A DNA stretch of 62,730 nt from Opitutus sp. GAS368 (GTDB lineage Bacteria; Verrucomicrobiota; Verrucomicrobiia; Opitutales; UBA953): assembly GCA_945882655.1 (NCBI GenBank), contig CAMCWL010000001.1:1-62730 (forward strand). Reading direction: 5' to 3'. Position 1 is the stretch's first letter. Each line of letters opens with the position of its first letter. The notes under the pieces were generated by a model. That model ran no database searches. It was not told the DNA's origin and worked only from the letters and a program-made list of their open reading frames with translations. This document shows, piece after piece, positions 36,637 through 44,238 of the stretch. The position numbers and the translations under genes are program-made.

Positions 36637-37185
36637 ATGCCCGGCCATCCCGCCCTTTTCCTCGATCGAGACGGTAACCTCATCTTTGACCACCACCATA
36701 CCTGCCGGGAGGATCAGATTGAGCTGATTCCGGGGGTGAAGCCCGCTTTGGAGGCCTGCCTTCAGGCCGGCTACCGCCTCTTCGTGCTGACCAATCAAAG
36801 CGGTATCAACCGCGGCATCTTCACCTGGGCACAGTACGAAGCCTGCAACCGGCGCATGCTCGAGCTGCTGGCGCTACCCGCCCCTGGCATCTTGGAAATC
36901 AAGGCGGCACCGGAGCGTCCCGATGAACCCTCGCTTTACCGCAAGCCTAGCCCTCGCTTCATCTTGGAGAAAATCGCCGAACATGGACTGGATCCGACGC
37001 GCTGTTGGATGACGGGCGACCGCGTCACGGATTGGGAGGCCGGCCTCAATGCGGGCATTCGCTCCTGTGCGATGCGCAGCGGCGCAGCCAAGCCCGAGGA
37101 GCTTTTAGAGGCGGCCCGCCGTGGTTTCGCGGTACACGATGATTTCCCTGCTTTCGTGCGCGCGGAACTGAAGCTGACTTTCTAG
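36637..37185 (+). CDS. HAD-IIIA phosphatase, D,D-heptose-1,7-bisphosphate phosphatase-like
   Basis: The start is trimmed to ATG 36637. Has ALFLDRDGNLI, VLTNQSGINRG, YRKPSP and TGDRVTDWEAGLNAG. Confidence 0.7.
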   Translation: MPGHPALFLDRDGNLIFDHHHTCREDQIELIPGVKPALEACLQAGYRLFVLTNQSGINRGIFTWAQYEACNRRMLELLALPAPGILEIKAAPERPDEPSLYRKPSPRFILEKIAEHGLDPTRCWMTGDRVTDWEAGLNAGIRSCAMRSGAAKPEELLEAARRGFAVHDDFPAFVRAELKLTF

Positions 37186-37193
37186 AGAAACAA

Positions 37194-37221
37194 AAAGGAC
37201 GAACCGGGTGGTTCGTCCTTT
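37194..37221. terminator. Bidirectional hairpin terminator between convergent genes
   Basis: AAAGGACGAACC-GGGT-GGTTCGTCCTTT. An A-run precedes it and a T-run follows, so it can serve both strands. Confidence 0.8.
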
Positions 37222-37241
37222 GATCGCCTGGAGCGAGGAAA

Positions 37242-37499
37242 TTAGGCCTTCGGCTTTTCCTTATCGCAGGGGCACTTGCCGTCCTTCTTCTCTTCGCCGG
37301 CAGCAGCCTTCGGCTTTTCCTTGTCGGACGGGCAACCGTCGCACTTCTTCTTTTCTTCAGAGACGAGGGAGGCCTTGGGCTTTTCCTTGTCGGACGGGCA
37401 GCCGTCACACTTCTTCTTTTCTTCGGCGCTGACGAAGGCGGCGGAGAGAGCGAGGATACCGACAGTGAGGGTCAGGAGTTTGAGGAACTTGGAGTTCAT
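37242..37499 (-). CDS. Small secreted Lys/Glu-rich protein with three Cys-pair repeats (85 aa precursor)
   Basis: The start is trimmed to ATG 37499. The signal peptide is MNSKFLKLLTLTVGILALSAAFVSA, followed by EEKKKCDGCPSDKEKPKA twice and EEKKDGKCPCDKEKPKA once. Confidence 0.7.
   Translation of the reverse strand: MNSKFLKLLTLTVGILALSAAFVSAEEKKKCDGCPSDKEKPKASLVSEEKKKCDGCPSDKEKPKAAAGEEKKDGKCPCDKEKPKA
37245..37424 (-). repeat. In-frame tandem coding repeat (three units of 51-54 nt separated by 9- and 12-nt spacers)
   Basis: Units 37305-37358 and 37371-37424 differ at 4 of 54 nt, and all four differences are synonymous third-position changes. Unit 37245-37295 is a diverged copy. Confidence 0.9.
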
Positions 37500-37572
37500 G
37501 ATGGAAATACATGGTTGGTGAATTCTAGCCCAAGTCAATCGGCCGGAGGTCATTCCGGTCAGTGAGTTTACC

Positions 37573-38367
37573 CTATTGGCCGATTGCGTTGCGGATGCGG
37601 ATAATTTCGTCCAATGACTTCGTTAAACCACTGCCAGGCAACCAGTTGCTGCCGCTATTGACCTGATAGATGTGCTTGTTTTTAACGCAGCCCAGGTCTC
37701 GGACTCCCGGGATCCGGCCCATTTCAACGGCTTTTTCAGGGCTGGTCGTGATGAGGCTGTCCGTTCCGGAATTCTGGATCCAGAGCACGGCGTCCGGCTT
37801 TGCGGAGACAAGGAGCTCCCAGTCGAACTTGATCCAGGCGCCGCGTGACAGGGCGGATTGCAGCCCGGCTGCGGCCAAAGGTTCGGCCAGATAACTATCG
37901 GGGCCGGCCATCACTCCATCCCAGATAACGATAATCCTGCGCACGGTCATCGCCGGACGACTTGAAAGCAGCGTGGCGATTTTCTTTGCGGCATCGGTGC
38001 GCCCAGTCGCTTCGCCGACGAGAAGGATGTCCTTGCTGACGGAGTCGCGTGACTCCGGGTTTAGCACGAGCGTACGGAGGCCGGCCTTCGCGCACTTCTC
38101 GGCCCAGAGCGGATTGGCCATGCGCGGGAGAATCACGAGGTCGGGCTTTGCCCCGAGCAGTCGCTCGAGGTCAGGCATGAAGACGTCGGCATCGCGTGCG
38201 GCGGGATGATCCTTCGGTAGCGGGCACCAACGCGTGGCCATGACAATCTCGGCGGAGCAGCCGAGATCGATCAACGTCTGCGTCGCGCCCGGGCTGTAGC
38301 TGGCGATACGATGACCGCCGGCGCTCAGCGTCAGGCAGGTCGCGAGCCAGAGGAAGAGCGTGCGCAT
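37573..38367 (-). CDS. Periplasmic substrate-binding protein, BtuF/TroA-like (cluster A helical-backbone type)
   Basis: Has a signal peptide, RIASYSPGATQTLIDLG and LERLLGAKPDLVI. The start shares one nt with the pdxA stop (TGATG). No permease or ATPase gene is nearby. Confidence 0.6.
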   Translation of the reverse strand: MRTLFLWLATCLTLSAGGHRIASYSPGATQTLIDLGCSAEIVMATRWCPLPKDHPAARDADVFMPDLERLLGAKPDLVILPRMANPLWAEKCAKAGLRTLVLNPESRDSVSKDILLVGEATGRTDAAKKIATLLSSRPAMTVRRIIVIWDGVMAGPDSYLAEPLAAAGLQSALSRGAWIKFDWELLVSAKPDAVLWIQNSGTDSLITTSPEKAVEMGRIPGVRDLGCVKNKHIYQVNSGSNWLPGSGLTKSLDEIIRIRNAIGQ

Positions 38368-39269
38368 CAGGCCGAAAGCAGGCGCGCAAGGCGCATCGCC
38401 GAATCGAAGCTGCCGCGGTCTGCCTTGCCTTGCCCGGCGATTTCGTAGGCGGTGCCATGGTCGGGGCTCGTGCGCACGTGCTTTAGACCGAGACTCAGGT
38501 TCGCTGAAGTCGAGAAATCGACGGCCTTCAGCGGGGCGAGGCCTTGGTCGTGATAGATCGCGGCGACGGCGTCGAACTCACCCTGGAGGTGACGGTGGAA
38601 GACCGTGTCGCCGGGAAGCGGTCCGCTGACCTCGTGCCCTTCGGCGCGTAAGGCTGCGATGGCGGGCCTGATAATCGCGTCGTCTTCCTTGCCAAGTAGG
38701 CCGCCTTCGCCGGCGTGAGGGTTCAGCCCGCAGACGGCGATGCGTGGCCGACGGTCGCCGAGCTTCACACGGAGTGAAATGAGCGCGAGCACCGTGCGAC
38801 GAATATCCGCGGCGGTGACGTTGCGCGGCACATCGGCGAGCGGGAGATGCCAGGTGACCAGTCCGACGGTCATCTTGCCGCCAGCAAAGGCCATCACGGG
38901 CTCGCCACTCCAGCGCGATGCGAAGAATTCCGTCTGGCCGGGAAAGACATAGCCCACGCCGGCGAGGCCCTTCTTGTTTACGGGGCCAGTGACGACGGCG
39001 GCGAAACGCCCACCGGTCGCGCCGCGTGCCGCCATTTCCATCGCTTCGATCGCGATGAGGTGACCGGCCTCATCGGGCTGGCCCGGGCGGGTGACGAAAT
39101 CTTTCGGACCGACGGCAATGCCTTGGCCGAGTTGCGCAATCCAATCGGCCGGGCCGATGGGCACGACAGTGTCTGCCGATTCGGGATGCGCATTAAGCCA
39201 GCTGGCGATGAGTTCCGGTCCCACTCCGGCCGGATCTCCGCAGGTGACAGCGATGGGCAAGGTGCTCAT
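38367..39269 (-). CDS. pdxA: 4-hydroxythreonine-4-phosphate dehydrogenase
   Basis: The start is trimmed to ATG 39269 (ATGA overlap with lpxA). Has MSTLPIAVTCGDPAGVGPEL, GLNPHAGEGG and YHDQGL. Confidence 0.9.
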   Translation of the reverse strand: MSTLPIAVTCGDPAGVGPELIASWLNAHPESADTVVPIGPADWIAQLGQGIAVGPKDFVTRPGQPDEAGHLIAIEAMEMAARGATGGRFAAVVTGPVNKKGLAGVGYVFPGQTEFFASRWSGEPVMAFAGGKMTVGLVTWHLPLADVPRNVTAADIRRTVLALISLRVKLGDRRPRIAVCGLNPHAGEGGLLGKEDDAIIRPAIAALRAEGHEVSGPLPGDTVFHRHLQGEFDAVAAIYHDQGLAPLKAVDFSTSANLSLGLKHVRTSPDHGTAYEIAGQGKADRGSFDSAMRLARLLSA

Positions 39270-40045
39270 TCGGGCGAGACGAAGCGGCCGCGCTTGCCGC
39301 CGAGGAAGAAGTTCAGGAAATCGCGCGCCTCCGGGGTCTGGTAGCCACCTTCGTTGAGGGCCTTCTGCGCGAGCGTTGCGCAGGCACCGTGCGTGGCGTA
39401 GACCGCATGGTAGGCCTGCTTGATTTCCGCGACGGCGGGGGCCGTTACGGCGCGCCGGCGAAGGCCGATGAGATTGAGACCAGAGATGAGGTTGCGTCCG
39501 TGGGCGAGCGCGTTGGGCGGGACGTCTTCGGTGATGACGGCGTTGCCGGAGACGAGCGCACCTCCGCCGATACGGCAGAATTGGTGTACCGCCACTCCGC
39601 CGCTGATGAAGGCCTTGTCTCCGACCAGAACGTGGCCACCGAGCATACAGCCATTGGCGAGGATGACCTGATCGCCCAGCACGCAATCGTGGGCGACATG
39701 GCTGCCGGCCATCAGAAGGCCGTCCGCACCAATGAGGGTGCGTGTGCCGGCCTTGGTGGCGCGGTGAATCGTGACGTGTTCGCGGATGACCGTGCGGTCG
39801 CCGACGGAGGTACCAGAGTCCGTGGTCGGGTCGAAGGAAAGATCCTGCGGGTCTCCGCCGACGACGGCGAAGTGGTCGACACGCACGCCGACGCCGAGTT
39901 CGGCCCGCGCCTTCACGATGGCATGAGCCGCGATCTGGCAGCCGGCCCCGAGGGTCGCGCCGGCCTCGATAATCGCGAATGCGCCGACCGCGACATCGGG
40001 GGCGAGTCGGGCGGACGGATGGACCTGGGCGGAAGGGTGAATCAC
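39266..40045 (-). CDS. lpxA: Acyl-ACP--UDP-N-acetylglucosamine O-acyltransferase
   Basis: MIHPSAQVHPSARLAPDV followed by hexapeptide repeats throughout. Has the C-terminal helical domain. Confidence 0.92.
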   Translation of the reverse strand: MIHPSAQVHPSARLAPDVAVGAFAIIEAGATLGAGCQIAAHAIVKARAELGVGVRVDHFAVVGGDPQDLSFDPTTDSGTSVGDRTVIREHVTIHRATKAGTRTLIGADGLLMAGSHVAHDCVLGDQVILANGCMLGGHVLVGDKAFISGGVAVHQFCRIGGGALVSGNAVITEDVPPNALAHGRNLISGLNLIGLRRRAVTAPAVAEIKQAYHAVYATHGACATLAQKALNEGGYQTPEARDFLNFFLGGKRGRFVSPE

Positions 40046-40653
40046 TTCGGAGGGTTGGCGCTGCCGAACAGTTCGAGCTGGGCGGCTTTGACCATATCGT
40101 AGACGCGAAGCAGGCGGAGCAACTGCAACGTATCGGATTTCGCGTAGCTCTGGTTTGATTCGACCGCCTGGACGAGGTTCTCGAGGATCGTCCGGAAGGT
40201 CAGCACGTGGTCGACGCCGCTTTCGCGGAGGAGGGTGATGCTTTCGGAGCGCTGCGGCTCCGTGGCTGGGATGCCCGGTAGCACGAGGATTTTCGCCATC
40301 GGCTGGCCTTCGGTTGGCGTCAGGTCGGCGAAGGCCTCCTTGGCTGCCTCGACGGCTTCCTTGCGGACGAACTCGAGCAGGTCACCCTTCTTGATCATCG
40401 TCGGCGTGATGGCCTTGGTCGTGTGCCAGGCTTTCACCGCGACGACGGCGGCGCTGATTTTCGGCAGGTCCGAGCTGAAAAGCTGGAAGGGGGCTTCGGT
40501 TCCACGCAGTGGCGATGGATTGATGACCAGCAGGTCACCTTCTTCATCGGCGCGTTTCCTGCGGGATTGGACGGCGTACTTGCGCGACTGCCGCACAAAG
40601 AAACCGTTCATCTCGAAATACTCGCGGACCAGACTGTCGTCGAAACCCGCCAT
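40042..40653 (-). CDS. Hypothetical protein (203 aa) translationally coupled to lpxA
   Basis: Good GC3 bias and a 4-nt overlap with the lpxA start. I recognised no family. The N-terminal helix plus three strands (LVREYFEMNGFFV..GDLLVIN..AVVAVKAW) faintly resembles a PD-(D/E)xK fold. Confidence 0.6.
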   Translation of the reverse strand: MAGFDDSLVREYFEMNGFFVRQSRKYAVQSRRKRADEEGDLLVINPSPLRGTEAPFQLFSSDLPKISAAVVAVKAWHTTKAITPTMIKKGDLLEFVRKEAVEAAKEAFADLTPTEGQPMAKILVLPGIPATEPQRSESITLLRESGVDHVLTFRTILENLVQAVESNQSYAKSDTLQLLRLLRVYDMVKAAQLELFGSANPPK

Positions 40654-40708
40654 TGGCCGCTAGGATGCGGGCGAGGGGGCGGTCTGGTCAACCCGCGATA
40701 AAAGGGCG

Positions 40709-41437
40709 TCAGAGGGCGAATCCTGCCGGAGCGATCGCCACAGTGAACTCACCCTTGAGTGAGCCCGCCTTCAGCGCGGGCACCAGTTCCGCCAAGGCGG
40801 AGGTGCGAATCGTCTCATGCAGCTTGGTGAGCTCGCGGCCGACACAGACGACCCGTTCGGGCCCCAGGATCTCGAGCATCTCGTCTAGGAAGTCGCTGAT
40901 GCGATGGCAGGATTCGTGGAGCACGACAGTCTCATCGGCCTCCTTGAGGCCTTCCAGGAAGCGGCGGCGGGCAGCGGATTTCGGCGGCAGGAAGCCGACG
41001 AAGCGGAACGCGTTGGTCGGGAGTCCGGAGGCGGACAGCAGCGCCACAATCGCGCACGGGCCAGGCAGAGGGGTGACGGTTAGGCCGCGCCGACGGCATT
41101 CGCGGGTGACGCGAAAGCCGGGGTCACTGATGCCCGGCGTGCCGGCATCCGTGATCAGGGCAATCTTCGCCCCGCCGGCGATCTTGTCGGCGATGAGGAT
41201 GGCGGCGTCCTTCTCGTTGTGCTCGTGGTAGGCGAGCATCGGCTTGGAAATCGTGAGGTGGCGAAGCAGGCCCCCGGTCACGCGGGTGTCTTCGCAGGCG
41301 ACCAGGTCGCACTCCGCGATGGCCTCACGGGCGCGTACGGTGATATCGCCGAGGTTACCCAATGGCGTAGCCACGACCCAGAGCCGTCCGGCCGGTCCCT
41401 GCGGACGGCCAGCAGCACCTACGTCGGCAGGGGGCAT
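40709..41437 (-). CDS. rsmI: 16S rRNA (cytidine1402-2'-O)-methyltransferase
   Basis: Has LWVVATPLGNLGDITVRAREAI..DLVACEDTR and the tetrapyrrole-methylase fold motifs. Confidence 0.9.
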   Translation of the reverse strand: MPPADVGAAGRPQGPAGRLWVVATPLGNLGDITVRAREAIAECDLVACEDTRVTGGLLRHLTISKPMLAYHEHNEKDAAILIADKIAGGAKIALITDAGTPGISDPGFRVTRECRRRGLTVTPLPGPCAIVALLSASGLPTNAFRFVGFLPPKSAARRRFLEGLKEADETVVLHESCHRISDFLDEMLEILGPERVVCVGRELTKLHETIRTSALAELVPALKAGSLKGEFTVAIAPAGFAL

Positions 41438-41607
41438 TAGCGTCGGTAGCCGGAACCCGGCGTCGATACGCCCGGGAGGCCGCCCTGCCAGCTGGAAGGC
41501 TGGGACTGAGGGAGCATGGAGTCGGCCGGCTTCTCGACGGTCTCACAACCCGCTAGGCCGAGGATGCAGGCTAAAGCGGTGAAGGCGATGAGGGTGCGTC
41601 CGAACAT
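41437..41607 (-). CDS. Small lipoprotein (56 aa; below the ORF-track cutoff)
   Basis: Hand translation gives MFGRTLIAFTALACILGLAGCETVEKPADSMLPQSQPSSWQGGLPGVSTPGSGYRR, with lipobox LAGC. Its ATG overlaps the upstream stop (ATGA), and its TAA overlaps the rsmI ATG (TAATG). Confidence 0.65.
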   Translation of the reverse strand: MFGRTLIAFTALACILGLAGCETVEKPADSMLPQSQPSSWQGGLPGVSTPGSGYRR

Positions 41608-42548
41608 CAGTTGAGAGCGAGCTTAGTGGAGGGAACGAGGGACACCGAGCTGGCCTTGGAGATCGCGCGGATGTCGAGTTCCTTGTCAGGCTGGAGCTGG
41701 CCAAAGGAGAGTACGCCCTTGACGGTCGAAATCTGCACCTTGCCGACCTTCTTGCCGGCGATTTTTACGTCGAAGACAGCCTTTTCCTTGATGCCATTGG
41801 CTTCGCCGACCGAGAAGGCGACGATGCCGGAGTCGGAGTCGAGGGCGAGGACGTTGGTCAGGATGCTTTCCGAGGCGGCTTCAACGGCGGCGACGGCCGG
41901 GGCGACATCACCAGGCTTGGCGGGCTCGCCGAGAGGGTCGCTGGGGAAGCCGAAGGGGGCCGGGTTATTTTCCATCGCGCGGGAAACCTTGGCGTGGAGG
42001 GCGGCGTACTTGCCGCGGATGAGCTCGGATTTTTCTTCCGCCGCGGTGGCCTTGGTTTCGCTTTCGGCGAGCTGTTCCTTGGTGAACATGCCGGCGGCCT
42101 TTTCGGTGGCCTTGACGAGTTCTTCCTTGGCGCTGGCGAGGGCGGCTTCGGCGCCATCCTTCTTGCTGTTAGCGTCGGTGAGCTGGGCGGCGAGTTCGTC
42201 GCGCTTACGGGTGAGTTCGGCGCGTTCGCCTTCAAGGGTGGTGTTGGCGGCGGTGAGGCCTTCGATCTTGGTCTTCTTGTCGGCGACGTCGGCGACCAGG
42301 TCTTTCTTCGCGAGTTCGAGGTCAGCGATGGCCTTGCGCTTAGTATCGAGGAGGACGGGAAGGGTAGCGAGTGAAGCCATGCGGGCGTCGAATTCCTTAC
42401 CGGCTTTGACTTCAGCGTCGGTCACTGCCCAAGCGGTCTTGGTGAGGGCAACGTCCATCTTGCCCTTCAGGAGGAAGGCGAAGACACAGGCGGCGACAGC
42501 GGCGACGACGGTCAGGATGCGGAGGAAGGCATTAAGCTTCTTGTTCAT
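41607..42548 (-). CDS. Membrane-anchored coiled-coil protein, function unknown
   Basis: An N-terminal TM helix (ILTVVAAVAACVFAFLL) is followed by about 170 aa of Ala/Glu/Lys heptad-like sequence and a beta-rich C-terminal region of about 80 aa. Confidence 0.65.
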   Translation of the reverse strand: MNKKLNAFLRILTVVAAVAACVFAFLLKGKMDVALTKTAWAVTDAEVKAGKEFDARMASLATLPVLLDTKRKAIADLELAKKDLVADVADKKTKIEGLTAANTTLEGERAELTRKRDELAAQLTDANSKKDGAEAALASAKEELVKATEKAAGMFTKEQLAESETKATAAEEKSELIRGKYAALHAKVSRAMENNPAPFGFPSDPLGEPAKPGDVAPAVAAVEAASESILTNVLALDSDSGIVAFSVGEANGIKEKAVFDVKIAGKKVGKVQISTVKGVLSFGQLQPDKELDIRAISKASSVSLVPSTKLALN

Positions 42549-42566
42549 GGGGTAGGGTAAAGGGGG

Positions 42567-44144
42567 TTAAGAATGACTGAAGAGGGTCTTCCCGGGATCA
42601 GGAGATTCCTGACGGGAGATTGCACCGGGGTTCGACGAAACGTGCAGGAGAACTTTAAACACCAATTCTTCCTGCCCCTCAAGTGCAATTTCCTCGCAAA
42701 CCTGCGAGACGGAGAGCCATTTGCCCTTGGACTTGGCCAGGGTGGCGAGGGCGTCGGCCCGGATTTTGAGGGTCTCGGAAGCGGCCTTCTTGCCGGCCTC
42801 GACGCCAGGCTGGTGGTAGGCGTTGATGCCGAGGAGGTTGGCGTACAGGCCGACCGCTCGTTCGAAGAGCGCGATCAGCATGCCCACGGAACGGGCGTCC
42901 ACCTGATTGATGGTAATAGTAATATTAGCTCGGCCGCTGCCGGAAAGGGCTTCGCGGGTGCCGAGGAGGAAGGCTTGGAGGTAGTCGCCTGAGGTAACCC
43001 CGGGCTCCACTTCAAGCGAGCTGCCTTCGCGGTCCTTCAGGACTTCGATGAAGACAGCGAAAAAGTTATTCACACCATCGCGAAGCTGCTGCACGTAGGC
43101 GTGCTGGTCGGTCGAGCCTTTGTTGCCGTAGACGGTCAGGCCCTGAAGGACTTTGCGACCCTGGAGGTCGAGCTCCTTGCCGAGTGATTCCATGACGAGC
43201 TGCTGAAGATAGCGGGAGAACAGGAGCAGGCGGTCCTTGTAGGGAAGCACGACCATGGCCTTGGTGCCGCGTCCTTCGGTGAGGTGGTGCCAAGCGAGGG
43301 CAAGCGAGGCGGCGGGGTTCTTCTGCGCATCGGGCACGCGGGTCAGCGCGTCCATCGCGCGGGCGCCGTCGAGGAGTCCGCGGATGTCGATGCCTTGTAA
43401 TGCGGCGGGCAGTAGGCCGACCGGACCGATCTCGCTCGTGCGGCCGCCGACCCAATCCCACATCGGGAAACGGGCGAGCCACTTCTCGGCGACGGCAACC
43501 TTATCGAGCTGGCTGCCTTCACCGGTGACGGCGACGGCGTGGGCGGCGAAGGAGAGGCCGGCCTGCTTCCAGCGGAGCGCGGCTTCGAGTTGGCCGTTGC
43601 GCGGCTCTGGCGTGCTGCCGGACTTCGAGGTCACGATTGCGAGCGTGGTGCCAAGGCGCGCACCCAGCGTATCGAACACGCGGTCGATGCCGTCGGGGTC
43701 GGTGTTGTCGATGAAATGAACCCCGAGTTTGTCCGCCTTGCCGCCGAGCGCGTCGGCGACGAACTGCGGGCCGAGGGCCGAGCCGCCGATGCCGATGCAG
43801 AGGAGGTCGGTGAACTTGCCAGCGGAGCCTTTGACCTGGCCGGCGTGCACCTGTGCGGCGAAGCCGGCAATGGCGTCGATGGCGGCCTTCACTTCGGCGG
43901 TAATCTTCGCGTCGGGCGCGAGCTCAGGAGTACGCAGCCAGTAGTGGCCGACCATCCGCTTCTCGTCTGGATTGGCGACGGCGCCTTTCTCGAGCGCAGC
44001 CATGTCGGCGAACGCCTGGGCCATGGCCGGGGCCATCTTCTCGGCGAAACCAGCCGGGGCTGGGGCACGGCTGAAGTCGAGCGCGATGCCGAGTTCGGGG
44101 AAGTTCTGGAGTTGCTTCCGGAAGAGGTCGAAGGAGTTGGCCAC
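42567..44144 (-). CDS. pgi: Glucose-6-phosphate isomerase
   Basis: Has [29 protein letters not shown] and [14 protein letters not shown]. The start is proposed at GTG 44144, because the ATG 44219 extension contains the ilvD terminator hairpin. Confidence 0.85.
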   Translation of the reverse strand: MANSFDLFRKQLQNFPELGIALDFSRAPAPAGFAEKMAPAMAQAFADMAALEKGAVANPDEKRMVGHYWLRTPELAPDAKITAEVKAAIDAIAGFAAQVHAGQVKGSAGKFTDLLCIGIGGSALGPQFVADALGGKADKLGVHFIDNTDPDGIDRVFDTLGARLGTTLAIVTSKSGSTPEPRNGQLEAALRWKQAGLSFAAHAVAVTGEGSQLDKVAVAEKWLARFPMWDWVGGRTSEIGPVGLLPAALQGIDIRGLLDGARAMDALTRVPDAQKNPAASLALAWHHLTEGRGTKAMVVLPYKDRLLLFSRYLQQLVMESLGKELDLQGRKVLQGLTVYGNKGSTDQHAYVQQLRDGVNNFFAVFIEVLKDREGSSLEVEPGVTSGDYLQAFLLGTREALSGSGRANITITINQVDARSVGMLIALFERAVGLYANLLGINAYHQPGVEAGKKAASETLKIRADALATLAKSKGKWLSVSQVCEEIALEGQEELVFKVLLHVSSNPGAISRQESPDPGKTLFSHS

Positions 44145-44182
44145 GGTAGGACAGTTTTTCCCGCCACTGCCCTGCTTGGCAA

Positions 44183-44216
44183 CAAAAAGGGCGGGCCGCC
44201 GAGGCGTCCGCCCTTT
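44183..44216 (-). terminator. Rho-independent terminator after ilvD
   Basis: AAAGGGCGG (44186-44194) pairs with CCGCCCTTT (44208-44216). On the minus strand the stem runs into TTTTTGTTG. Confidence 0.65.
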
Positions 44217-44238
44217 CATTTCCGCTCAGGTGAAGACC

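Noticed and set aside
37245-37424. Tandem DNA repeat considered as a CRISPR or other non-coding repeat array
   Set aside because: There are only three units with 9-12 nt spacers. The repeat is fully in frame within an ORF that has a signal peptide, and the differences are synonymous. It is a coding repeat.
39270-39686. 139-codon N-terminal extension of the pdxA ORF. The same kind of extension occurs for nadE (18894-19232), thrC (19771-19890), ilvD (45928-46431), the LptE-like gene (33095-33322) and the peroxiredoxin-like gene (59400-59567).
   Set aside because: The extensions are Arg/Pro-rich, overlap the upstream gene's coding sequence, and precede internal ATGs that align with family N-termini and give 1-20 nt overlaps typical of coupled genes.
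41611-42555. 314-aa plus-strand ORF almost exactly mirroring the coiled-coil gene 41607-42548
   Set aside because: Ala/Glu/Lys-rich coiled-coil coding sequence reads as Ser/Ala/Leu-rich on the opposite strand. The minus-strand frame has a proper TM helix and is coupled by ATGA/TAATG overlaps to downstream genes, so the plus-strand ORF is rejected.
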